Of a DNA stretch of 64,000 bases, positions 38,479 through 47,576 are shown piece by piece (the first letter of the stretch is position 1; each line of letters starts with the position of its first letter). Where the stretch lies: NCBI GenBank assembly GCA_963845535.1, contig CAWJSK010000017.1:1-64000 (forward strand). The letters run 5' to 3'. The translations under genes and the position numbers were made by a program. The stretch comes from an uncultured Spirochaetota bacterium. GTDB lineage: Bacteria > Spirochaetota > Spirochaetia > SZUA-6 > Fen-1364. The notes below the pieces were generated by a model that was given only the letters and a program-made list of their open reading frames with translations, did not search any database and had not been told where the DNA came from.

Positions 38479-39798
38479 ATGAGTGGAATGAAAAGGTTCG
38501 CGGCTATTTCTACAGTTCTCGTTGTCCTGACGGGTTGTGCGCGGTCACCCCACGAAGCCAAGCCCTGGTACGAGCCGCACTGGACGGGGGACGACGTCCT
38601 TGATCAGGTCCTCCTTTTCTACATGGGCGAGGCATGGGCCGGCATGACCGATATCGGCGAGGTTCTCGAGACCGCAAACCGCGTGGACAGGAAGGATCCG
38701 CGGAGCTGGGCGCGTGAATGGCGGAAAACGGCCGAACGCGTCGACGCGGCTGCCGTGGCCACGGAAGCGGCCGGACACAGATTCAGCGCCGGTGAGCTGA
38801 GCCTGCGCGCCGCGAGCTACTACCGCGCCGCGCTCCACCGACACATGGACCCATTCTCCAGCGAGGTTCCGGAGCTGGCAACGAAAGAGGTGGCGGCGTT
38901 CACGCGGGCGATGCGCCTCCTTGGCATGCCCGTGGAACGCGTCGCAATCCCCTACGAAGGAACGACGCTTCCGGCGTACTGGTATCACCATTCGGATGGC
39001 AGGCGTCATCCCGTGCTCATCAGCCACGAAGGCCGGGACGGTTGGGCCGAAGACATGCATTACATCGGACGTGAGGCCCTGCGCCGCGGCTACGACTGTC
39101 TCCTTGTCGATGGCCCCGGGCAAGGTTCGACGCTCCGTCTGCAGGGCCTTCACTTCCGCCCCGATTGGGAAAAGGTCATAACGCCATTGATCGACTGGCT
39201 TGTCGCGCGGCACGACGTGGATGCTGGCGCCGTTGGCCTTGTCGGCTTGAGCATGGGCGGGGCCCTTGCGGCACGGGCGGCTGAGTTCGAGCCGAGGATC
39301 GCCTTCCTGATCGTAAACCCCGGCGTCTCGAACTGGAGTGCAACATTTTTCAGGACTCTGAATAAAATAAGCCCCATGATCGTGAAGCTTTCCGCGTCCA
39401 ACCCCGGCGCGTTGAATGCGTTGATGAAAACGGCCGGGAAACTGAGCCCATTCCTGCAATGGGGGATGACCGACTCCATGTGGAAACACGGAGTACAAAC
39501 TCCATCAGAGCTCATGGCGGACATGCGGCGCTACGACGCCAGCGCCGATATCCAACGCATCCGATGTCCCACGCTGGTCGTGGATGCCGAAGCCGAGGAA
39601 TATGGCGATGCCAGAATATTCTACGACGCGCTGACCTGTCCGAAGACCTATCTGCTGTTCACGAAGGCCGAGGCAGCTCCACTCCACGTCCAGACCGCAT
39701 CGCTTGCCCTCGGCAGTCAGAAGATGTTCGACTGGATCGACGATGTCCAGGCAATTCACCCCTTCACCGACCCCGCCAGAAGCCCGCTCATGAAGTAG
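38479..39798 (+). CDS. Alpha/beta hydrolase lipoprotein (DHPON hydrolase/S9-like)
   Basis: Lipobox LTGC; IPYEGTTLPAY, DGPGQG, FRPDWE and nucleophile GLSMGG. Confidence 0.88.
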   Translation: MSGMKRFAAISTVLVVLTGCARSPHEAKPWYEPHWTGDDVLDQVLLFYMGEAWAGMTDIGEVLETANRVDRKDPRSWAREWRKTAERVDAAAVATEAAGHRFSAGELSLRAASYYRAALHRHMDPFSSEVPELATKEVAAFTRAMRLLGMPVERVAIPYEGTTLPAYWYHHSDGRRHPVLISHEGRDGWAEDMHYIGREALRRGYDCLLVDGPGQGSTLRLQGLHFRPDWEKVITPLIDWLVARHDVDAGAVGLVGLSMGGALAARAAEFEPRIAFLIVNPGVSNWSATFFRTLNKISPMIVKLSASNPGALNALMKTAGKLSPFLQWGMTDSMWKHGVQTPSELMADMRRYDASADIQRIRCPTLVVDAEAEEYGDARIFYDALTCPKTYLLFTKAEAAPLHVQTASLALGSQKMFDWIDDVQAIHPFTDPARSPLMK

Positions 39799-40607
39799 CG
39801 ACTGAGGAAAATATAGATGAGAAGCGTGGGAAAGGCGGCAATGAGGGCGCCAGCCATCTGAACGTTCCACTCCACGGAGAAACTGCCGGCGAGGTTGTTG
39901 AGCGCCACCGTGATGGGCTGAAGGGACGGCTGGCTGGTCACAACCACGGCAAAGAGGAAGTCGTTCCAGATGGATGTGAACTGCCATATCATGACTACAA
40001 CAAAGCCGGGTAGAGACAGCGGGAAAAGGACATTCGCGTAGATCCCGAGTATCCCGGCGCCGTCGATCTTGCTCGCCTCCACCAGCTCATCCGGTATGGC
40101 CGCATAGTAGTTGCGGAAAATCAGCGTGGTGATGGGAATTCCGTAGACCACATGAACGAAAATCAATCCTCCCCGAGTGCCGTAGATGCCGACAGTCTGC
40201 AGCACCTGGACCAGCGGGATCAGGATGCTCTGGTAGGGGATGAACATGCCGAAAAGGAGGACTGGAAAAAGAACATTTGCGCCCCGGAACCGCCACTTGG
40301 AAAGCACGTAACCGTTCATGGACCCGAGGAAGGCTGAGATCAGCGTTCCCGGCACGGTGATGTATACGCTGTTCAGGAAGTTCACCGAAAGGCCCGAGAG
40401 CCCGAGATACGCCCCGGACCAGGCCCTGATGAAACTTTCGAGGCTGAACCTCGTGGGGAGCTTCCACATGGTGGCCAGGCTGACTTCCTGGAAGCTCTTG
40501 AGGCCCGTGATCAGAAGCACGTACACGGGCAACAGGTAGAGAATGCAAGCGAGGCAGAGCAAGACATACACGACGGAGACGGATCGGCGGGGGGCAAGCG
40601 CCGTCAT
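39756..40607 (-). CDS. Carbohydrate ABC transporter permease
   Basis: IPDELVEASKIDGAG EAA loop; ends GLLAGSVKG. Confidence 0.93.
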   Translation of the reverse strand: MTALAPRRSVSVVYVLLCLACILYLLPVYVLLITGLKSFQEVSLATMWKLPTRFSLESFIRAWSGAYLGLSGLSVNFLNSVYITVPGTLISAFLGSMNGYVLSKWRFRGANVLFPVLLFGMFIPYQSILIPLVQVLQTVGIYGTRGGLIFVHVVYGIPITTLIFRNYYAAIPDELVEASKIDGAGILGIYANVLFPLSLPGFVVVMIWQFTSIWNDFLFAVVVTSQPSLQPITVALNNLAGSFSVEWNVQMAGALIAAFPTLLIYIFLSRYFMSGLLAGSVKG

Positions 40608-41602
40608 GTGCGCACTTCCGACCTCGTTGTGGAGACGAGGTACGGGACGATCAGGAGAGCCACGAGAAGGAGCAGAAGCGTTGCGATTGCGGCTCCCGAG
40701 GCGAAGTTGTTGCCGCGGAACGTCGTATCCCACATGTAGTAGGCCGGCACGTCCGTGGCAAACGCGGGACCCGGTCCCGTCATGGAAACCACAAGGTCGA
40801 AGATCTTCAGCGATATATGCCCCAGGACGATGATAGCGCTGAGCGTCACGGGTCTGATCATCGGGACGATGACACGCATGTACACCTGCAGCTCGGTTGC
40901 GCCGTCCACCCGCGCAGCTTCTCTCATTTCCGTTGGTATCCCGCGGAGGGCCGCAAGATACATGGCCATGGTGTAGCCCGACATCTGCCACGTGGCCGCC
41001 AATACCACGGAGATCATGGCAAGGGAAATCCCGACGTATGGGCTGGCAAGTCCTCCAAGCCCGACGTGGCCCAGGAAGTGCCCGAAACCCGAATCAGGAT
41101 GGACATACAGCATTGTGGGGTCAGTGAACCAGCCCCATTTCAGGAACCCGAGCCCGAGCTTGTCGAAAAGCAGGTTGATGCCCGTTGAGCCACTCTGTGC
41201 ATTTCCCGGGCTGAGTATCCATCGCCATACGACGCCCGTGACTATGTACGAGATAGCCATGGGAAAGAGAAAAATGTTTCTGAAGATCCCTTCACCCCTG
41301 ACGTGCCTGTCCAGCAGCACCGCGAGGGCGAATCCCAGGATGATGCATCCGACGAGGAAGAAGACTGTGAAAGTGACCGTGTTGCGAAGGTCGCACAGGA
41401 ACCGGTCGGTGGGGACCGTGCTGAAAAGCCTCTGGTAATTGTGGAACGCCACAAAGGTGAAGTCCGGCTCCAGCGAATCCCACTTCGTGAGGGAGGAGAA
41501 GCCCGTGAACCCGATGAATCCGTAAACGAAAATTGCAATCAGGATGATGGATGGCGCCACCAGGCCAAGAGAGATTGCGCGGTCCCGTGTGACTCCCTTC
41601 AT
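40604..41602 (-). CDS. Carbohydrate ABC transporter permease
   Basis: EMREAARVDGA EAA loop; WQMSGYTMAMYLAALRGI. Confidence 0.93.
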   Translation of the reverse strand: MKGVTRDRAISLGLVAPSIILIAIFVYGFIGFTGFSSLTKWDSLEPDFTFVAFHNYQRLFSTVPTDRFLCDLRNTVTFTVFFLVGCIILGFALAVLLDRHVRGEGIFRNIFLFPMAISYIVTGVVWRWILSPGNAQSGSTGINLLFDKLGLGFLKWGWFTDPTMLYVHPDSGFGHFLGHVGLGGLASPYVGISLAMISVVLAATWQMSGYTMAMYLAALRGIPTEMREAARVDGATELQVYMRVIVPMIRPVTLSAIIVLGHISLKIFDLVVSMTGPGPAFATDVPAYYMWDTTFRGNNFASGAAIATLLLLLVALLIVPYLVSTTRSEVRT

Positions 41603-41675
41603 GCGGCCTCCCTGAAAAAAACCTGCCAGGCCTTTGAGCCTGGCAGGTCGATCTGATGCGTGAGACGCGATGCGT

Positions 41676-42920
41676 CTACATGGCGAGGTTGTCCGTGGCC
41701 GCCTGCTCGAGCGCCTGCTGAGTCGCGGAAACGTCGAGGTTGGTGGCAAACGTGTTCATGATGTCCTTGTACACCGTGGCCCACTTCTCGATTGCCGCTG
41801 CGCCGTGCATGACGCTGGGCACGATGGGCAGGGATGTCCAGTCCTTCATGGCCGACTGCAGGTAGGGATTGAACAGCGAGGGGTCGGCATCGGTCCTGGC
41901 CGGGATGGAGCCCTTCAGGGGGTTGAACGCTTCCTGGCCTGCCTTGGAGCCGCAGACCTTCAGCCAGTTCTGCGCGTTCACCATATGCGGGGCTTTTTTG
42001 GGCAGCGCGAAGCTGTCGGACAGGCCGTCATAGACCTTGGGCCCCGGGACGCACTGCCATCCGTAGCCGTCATAGTTCTTGGCGGTGAACCAGCCGTTGG
42101 TCCAGTCCCCCATGATGAACATGGCAGCCTTGTTGTCCACGAGGTACTGCAAGGCCTGGTCCCAGGTCAGGGCGGAATGATCCGTGTTGACGTCCGCGAG
42201 CATCTTCTTGTAGAGATTCAGGGCATCCGTCACCTTGGGGTCAGCCCACTTGGTTGCGCCGGTCCAGAGACCCCTGTAGCCGTCCGGTCCGAGCACAGAG
42301 ATCAGCACCGTCTCGAAGACATGGCAGGATTCCCATCCCTCCTTGGTCCCGATGGTCATGGGGATGATCTTCTTCGCCTTGAAGACCTTTGACACCTTGA
42401 AGTATTCGTCCCACGTTCCCGGCGGCTGCACGTGGTTGTCCGCGAACAGCTTCTTGTTGTACCACATGACGTTGGCCCGGTGAATGTTCACGGGAACGCC
42501 CCAGTAGTGGCCCTTGTACTGCAGGAGGCTCAGGAGGTCCTGCGGGAACACCTTGTCCAGTCCCTCGGATTTGTACAGGTCATCCAGGGGCATCAGGTAT
42601 TTCTCAGGATCATACTTTTGAACCTCGAGACCGGCGTGCAGCTGGAACGCATCTGGAGGATTACCCCCGGTAAGCCGCGTGGCCATGACCGCCTTGGCAT
42701 TCGTGCCCGCGCCTCCTGCCACAGTCGCGTTGATGATCTGCACATTCGGGTACTGCTTGTGATAGACGTCCATCAGCGCCTTGAGGCCTTCCGCCTCTCC
42801 GCCGGCTGTCCACCACGAATAGATCTCCAGCTTGTTGCCCCCGCCTCCGCACGCGACCAGCGCGAGTGAGGCGCCGAGGACAAGAACGATGCTGAAGGTG
42901 GAAATGAATCTTCGTGCCAT
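41676..42920 (-). CDS. Sugar ABC transporter substrate-binding lipoprotein (glucose/mannose-binding type)
   Basis: Lipobox LVAC; SWWTAGGE, VPVNIHRAN and FNPLKGSIPARTD. Confidence 0.92.
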   Translation of the reverse strand: MARRFISTFSIVLVLGASLALVACGGGGNKLEIYSWWTAGGEAEGLKALMDVYHKQYPNVQIINATVAGGAGTNAKAVMATRLTGGNPPDAFQLHAGLEVQKYDPEKYLMPLDDLYKSEGLDKVFPQDLLSLLQYKGHYWGVPVNIHRANVMWYNKKLFADNHVQPPGTWDEYFKVSKVFKAKKIIPMTIGTKEGWESCHVFETVLISVLGPDGYRGLWTGATKWADPKVTDALNLYKKMLADVNTDHSALTWDQALQYLVDNKAAMFIMGDWTNGWFTAKNYDGYGWQCVPGPKVYDGLSDSFALPKKAPHMVNAQNWLKVCGSKAGQEAFNPLKGSIPARTDADPSLFNPYLQSAMKDWTSLPIVPSVMHGAAAIEKWATVYKDIMNTFATNLDVSATQQALEQAATDNLAM

Positions 42921-42967
42921 ACTCAGCCCTCCTTACGAGATAAAGAGATGTGAATACAGACCCGAAA

Positions 42968-42996
42968 ATCGTAGGACCATTGTTTTGCGCTGTCAA
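42968..42996 (-). promoter_or_regulatory. Sigma70 promoter of sugar ABC operon
   Basis: TTGACA-17-TACGAT on minus strand. Confidence 0.7.
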
Positions 42997-43083
42997 GTCT
43001 TCCCTGCGTTTTTTCGTTGTGAAACAGATGGCTTTGTGATATTACGTCCTTAGTCAAGGAGTTACCGTCAGGAGGGTTCCCTC

Positions 43084-44202
43084 ATGTATACACTCGTTGA
43101 CCTTCGCTACCAGGGGCAGCTCCGCACACCCGAAGAGCTTCTGGCCCACCTCAACAGTTTCTCCCTCGACATCAAGTTGACCGTTGGGATCTGGTACTTC
43201 GCTCCCGGCGGAGGCAGGTTTCACGACCGCTACGTTCCAGAGCTGAGCATCCCGCAAAGGCTCGAGCTTGCCGCGGAGATGGCGCGCTACGGCGTCAAGG
43301 GGATAGAAGCGCACTACCCGTCCGAGGTCAACGAGGAGAACCTTCCATCGTACAAGAAGCTGGAGAAAGAGGCAGGGATAAGGCTCGTTGGGATCGGCCC
43401 GGACAGCTTTCGCGGCAAGGACGGGGAGTTCGGAACGCTCAGCAATCCCGACCCTGTCAAGCGGAGAAGGGCACAGGAGACGATTATCGGCGCCCTCAAG
43501 CTGGTCAAGGAGTCGGGGGCCACTCACATGGGGCTGTGGCCTGGGAACGATGGGTTTCTCTACACGCTGGGAACGGCCTTCTACCAGATGTGGGACTGGT
43601 TCGAAGGGGCGCTCGCCGAATGCCTGGACGAAGTCCCGGGAGTCCGCATTGGCCTGGAGACCAAGCCGTATGAGCCGGTCCCGAACAACATCTACCGCAC
43701 AACAGGAGACGGGATTGTCATGGCACGCGACGTGGAGGCGCGGCTCAAGAACCCCGTGAACCGCAAACTGCTTTCTGAAGGCCACTGCCTTGTCGGGTTC
43801 CAGCCAGAAATCGGACATATTCTCATGGGGTACGAGGTGCTCCCGCAGGCATACATGCGGATTGCTCGTGAAAACCGGCTCTCCCACATCCACGTGAACA
43901 GTCAGCCGCTTGGCAACTACGACCAGGACCTCAACGTCGGCGTCGTCTCGTGGCAGGATACCGAAGCCCTCTTGTACGCGTTGAAGGCCATTGGCTACCG
44001 CGAGTATTTCGGGGCGGACATCAACCCCGAGCACATGCCGGTCCTCGAGGCAGTGAAGATCAATGCGCGGGCGCTCCAGATCATGAATGAACGCATTAAC
44101 AGCCTCCCCCATGAGAAGGTGCTGGACTGCTACTATCATCCCGAGCAGAACCGGGGCGATCTGGAGATGGTCCTCGCGGAAAGTTATGCAAAGAAGACAT
44201 AG
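43084..44202 (+). CDS. Xylose isomerase-like TIM-barrel sugar isomerase
   Basis: WPGNDG, ETKPYEP, EIGH and YDQDL metal/substrate motifs. Confidence 0.85.
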   Translation: MYTLVDLRYQGQLRTPEELLAHLNSFSLDIKLTVGIWYFAPGGGRFHDRYVPELSIPQRLELAAEMARYGVKGIEAHYPSEVNEENLPSYKKLEKEAGIRLVGIGPDSFRGKDGEFGTLSNPDPVKRRRAQETIIGALKLVKESGATHMGLWPGNDGFLYTLGTAFYQMWDWFEGALAECLDEVPGVRIGLETKPYEPVPNNIYRTTGDGIVMARDVEARLKNPVNRKLLSEGHCLVGFQPEIGHILMGYEVLPQAYMRIARENRLSHIHVNSQPLGNYDQDLNVGVVSWQDTEALLYALKAIGYREYFGADINPEHMPVLEAVKINARALQIMNERINSLPHEKVLDCYYHPEQNRGDLEMVLAESYAKKT

Positions 44203-44388
44203 GGCAGAGGAATGATTGCAATCGCCGCCGCCAACGCAGCCAGTCGACGGCGGCAGGGTCATGAAATAGATCGGGTGCGGCAATCTGACGGCGCACTCGT
44301 GAATGACTCTCTTGACCAGTTGCCAGACAAAATGTTGCCATGTCCGCGTGGCGCAAATGATCCTTTCTCTCACACTGGCCGGAACGCT

Positions 44389-46023
44389 TTGATCACCGTC
44401 AGCGACCTGACTCTTTCCTTCAGCAACAGGATTCTCTTCAAGGACGTCTCCCTGAAGTTCACTCCTGGCAATTGCTACGGCCTCATCGGCGCGAACGGCT
44501 CGGGCAAGACGTCCTTCCTGAAAATACTCTCCGGTGAGCTCGAGCCGGACAAGGGAGGCGTCGTCCTCGGCGCGGGGAAGCGGCTGTCGGTTCTCAGCCA
44601 GGACCATTTCGCATTCGAGTCCCAGCGGGTCCTTGATACCGTGATCATGGGCTCCTCCCGCCTGCACGCGGTCGGCAAGGAGAGGGAAGCCCTGTATGCG
44701 AAGAGCGATTTCACGGAAGCGGACGGCATGCGCGCAAGCGAGCTGGAAGCGGAGTTTGCCGAGCTGGGCGGCTGGGAAGCTGAGTCGCAGGCCGCGGCGC
44801 TGCTCGCCGGCCTGGGGACCCCGGAGGCGGCGCACGAAAAGCTCATGCGTGACGTCGACGAAGGGGTGAAGGTTCGCGCGCTCCTGGCGCAGGCCCTGTT
44901 CGGCAACCCAGACATTCTCCTCCTGGACGAGCCGACGAACGGGCTGGACCTGGCCTCCATCGCCTGGCTGGAGGAGTTCCTGATCGAGTTTCCCAATATC
45001 GTGATCGTCGTCTCGCATGACCGCCATTTCCTGAACGCCGTGTGCACCCACACGTGCGACATCGATTTCGGCCAGGTGCGGATGTACGCCGGCAACTACG
45101 ATCTCTGGTTCCGCATGAACAGGATCCTTCAGCAGCAGCAGAAGGATGAGAGGAAGCGCCGTGAAGAGAAGGTGAAAGACCTCAAGGAGTTCATTCACCG
45201 TTTTGCGGCCAACGTGTCCAAGAGCCGTCAGGCAACCTCCCGGAAGAAGATCCTCGAAAAGCTCGAGGTGGATGACTACGTTGCCTCGAGCCGGCGGGTT
45301 CCCTACGTCAGCTTCAAGCCTTCCCGCGCCGTCGGCAACGTGGTCCTGGAAATTGAAAAGCTCTCGAAGTCCCTGGACGAGCGGCCGCTGTTCTCGGGGC
45401 TGGATCTCGTGGTTCGGCCTGAGGACAAGGTCGCCTTCGTTGGCCGGCAGCATCTGGCCAAGACGGCGCTGTTCCGCATCATCGCAAACGAAGATTCGCC
45501 GGATAAGGGCAGCTTCCTCTGGGGCCAGACGATCTCCTGGTCATACTTCCCGACGGAAAACGCGGCCCTCTTCGACAGTGACATGCCCCTGGTGAGCTGG
45601 CTCGCCCAATACAGCCCTACCGACGATGAGACGTTCGTCCGTTCGTTTCTCGGGCGAATGCTGTTTTCCGGCGACGAGGGGCTGAAACCGGTCCGGGTGC
45701 TCTCCGGCGGCGAGCGAGTGCGCTGCATCCTGGCGCGCCTCATGCTGTCCGGCGCCAACTGCCTGATCCTGGACGAGCCCACCAACCACCTGGACCTTGA
45801 GGCCATCGAGGCCTTGGACGAAGGACTGGTCGATTTCAGCGGCGTCCTGCTTTTCAGCAGCCACGATCACGAGTTTGTCACATCCATTGCCAACCGGATC
45901 ATCGAGATCTGCCCCGGCGGCGTCATTGATCGCCGAATGCCCTTCGACGACTACCTCGCGGACAAGCAGATCACCGAGCTGCGGGACCGGCTGTACCATG
46001 GGCATGTCGTGGCTGAGATCTGA
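44389..46023 (+). CDS. ABC-F family ATPase (YbiT/YkpA-like)
   Basis: GANGSGKT, two LDEPTN motifs, LSGGE, no TM segments; TTG start inferred. Confidence 0.92.
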   Translation: MITVSDLTLSFSNRILFKDVSLKFTPGNCYGLIGANGSGKTSFLKILSGELEPDKGGVVLGAGKRLSVLSQDHFAFESQRVLDTVIMGSSRLHAVGKEREALYAKSDFTEADGMRASELEAEFAELGGWEAESQAAALLAGLGTPEAAHEKLMRDVDEGVKVRALLAQALFGNPDILLLDEPTNGLDLASIAWLEEFLIEFPNIVIVVSHDRHFLNAVCTHTCDIDFGQVRMYAGNYDLWFRMNRILQQQQKDERKRREEKVKDLKEFIHRFAANVSKSRQATSRKKILEKLEVDDYVASSRRVPYVSFKPSRAVGNVVLEIEKLSKSLDERPLFSGLDLVVRPEDKVAFVGRQHLAKTALFRIIANEDSPDKGSFLWGQTISWSYFPTENAALFDSDMPLVSWLAQYSPTDDETFVRSFLGRMLFSGDEGLKPVRVLSGGERVRCILARLMLSGANCLILDEPTNHLDLEAIEALDEGLVDFSGVLLFSSHDHEFVTSIANRIIEICPGGVIDRRMPFDDYLADKQITELRDRLYHGHVVAEI

Positions 46024-46044
46024 GCCTTTCGGTCTACCAGGAAC

Positions 46045-47034
46045 CTAAATGCTTTCGATCGTCATGTACGCCATCGTCTGATTCAAAAGCTGGTAAGCGA
46101 CTTCTCCGAACGTTACGGGGCCCGTTACGTTGCCTGTCTTCTTGCCTTCGAGCTCTGAATACAGATAGTTCAGAATGCAGTTGCAGGCAAAGATGATCTG
46201 GTCTCCCAGCTTCGCGCCGGCGATCTTCTCGAAGCTTTCGACGTAATTGAGAACCGGCTTGGCCAGCTTGTATTCTACGCCTTTGAAGACTGGCGCGTAG
46301 AAGTCGACGCGGTTGCCGGCTTTGTCCACAAGCTGAAAGCTCGTGTTGACCATTGCACCATAGGAGTCAGCCACGAGAGGCAGACGGGTGTCGATCTTGT
46401 TCACCAGCAGGTAGTCGACAAGACTCTGTTTCTTGCCGTTCACCATGACCTCGCTGGCGGAAAAACCATCCCGGTCAAAAGTCAGAGTATCACCGCCTCC
46501 TTGTTCAAAGATGTTGATGATTCCGACGATGGCCGCCTTCTCTTTCGGGAGGGAAGCGTGCATTACCACTGCGCCATTGTCCGATATCCGTCCTGTCTTG
46601 CCGTCAAACACCTTGGGGGTGATCTTGCCAAGGTCCTTCAGGTCGACGCCTGAGATCCATCCAATCAACGGACTGCTGGCGAAATGAGAAAACATCGGAG
46701 CCTTCAGAGAGAAGGTCTGGTGCGTTTTTGAGGCTGCCGGCATGATGACCACGCTGAAGCCCTGTTCCGGCGCATCGATGTAGATGTTCTCAATGCTGTT
46801 TTCATCGTAAAAGCGAATCGACTGATTGGAGGCGCTCTCAGGGAGCGTGGTGACATGGATCTTGCTCTTTGTGAACTCCCCGCCTTTCTCACCCATGAAG
46901 TAGGGAATCGTTCCTCCGATCCAGGAGCCATGAGGCAGTTGATTCAGGAGGGCTTCGTCTCCTGCCAGAAGCAGGCTTTTTCCAGCCGTGATCATCCCGA
47001 TGACTTCTTCTACGCCGAATAGGACGTGATTCAT
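46045..47034 (-). CDS. DUF6976 family protein
   Basis: LLLAGDEALLNQLPHGSWIGGTIPYFM, FACNCILNYLY and GPVTFGEVAYQLLNQT. Confidence 0.8.
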   Translation of the reverse strand: MNHVLFGVEEVIGMITAGKSLLLAGDEALLNQLPHGSWIGGTIPYFMGEKGGEFTKSKIHVTTLPESASNQSIRFYDENSIENIYIDAPEQGFSVVIMPAASKTHQTFSLKAPMFSHFASSPLIGWISGVDLKDLGKITPKVFDGKTGRISDNGAVVMHASLPKEKAAIVGIINIFEQGGGDTLTFDRDGFSASEVMVNGKKQSLVDYLLVNKIDTRLPLVADSYGAMVNTSFQLVDKAGNRVDFYAPVFKGVEYKLAKPVLNYVESFEKIAGAKLGDQIIFACNCILNYLYSELEGKKTGNVTGPVTFGEVAYQLLNQTMAYMTIESI

Positions 47035-47276
47035 GAGAGTCTCCCTCCAAAGATGGTGTTCAGGTCAGCCCGCGCCGAAGGTATTCTGAGATTTCTTTTG
47101 AAATAGCCGCAGAGATCATCGATGCTTTTGATCTTCCTTTCCGGTGAGGGGTCCAATTTGTAGGTCCCGACGATTCGTCCCACCAGGATCCTTGTGGCGA
47201 GCATTTGAAACGTGAGTTGCTTTCTCCCTTCGACCAACTCTGCCCATTCTTTCGACTCGCGACCGGGGATTTCCAT
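47031..47276 (-). CDS. Small hypothetical protein coupled to DUF6976 gene
   Basis: AAGGAG RBS, 81 aa, ATGA overlap with downstream gene. Confidence 0.75.
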   Translation of the reverse strand: MEIPGRESKEWAELVEGRKQLTFQMLATRILVGRIVGTYKLDPSPERKIKSIDDLCGYFKRNLRIPSARADLNTIFGGRLS

Positions 47277-47524
47277 TCAACTCTCCTTTTTCGCAAATGG
47301 TGGATGCAACACGACGTGTCGCACTGGTGACACTGCAAAGCAGACATGATTCCTGCCCCTGCCCCGCGAAAGTCAGTGCGCGGGACCCTCGGCGGACGCG
47401 GCAATCGCTTTTCGTGCGACAACGACCAGCCGGAAACGGCAGGGAATGAACTCTGATGTCAAGGGAATCGCTTGGGACGATATGCTAAGAATCGAGAAAA
47501 TGCAACCCTATGCGTGCGCCGTGT

Positions 47525-47571
47525 TCGCCGAGTCAGTGCGTCGCTGTCGGTGCGTCGCCGAGTCAGTGCGT
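47525..47571. repeat. 17-bp direct repeat
   Basis: TCGCCGAGTCAGTGCGT at 47525 and 47555. Confidence 0.75.
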
Positions 47572-47576
47572 AGCCC

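Noticed and set aside
43054..45453. 799-aa minus-strand ORF
   Set aside because: Antisense shadow of the isomerase and ABC-F genes in GC-rich DNA; no recognisable motifs
45442..45465. Degenerate second Walker A (GRQHLAKT) in the ABC-F protein
   Set aside because: Similar degeneracy is usual in the YkpA/YbiT-like subfamily, so not novel
47525..47571. Direct repeat as possible CRISPR array
   Set aside because: Only two 17-bp copies 13 bp apart, and no cas genes
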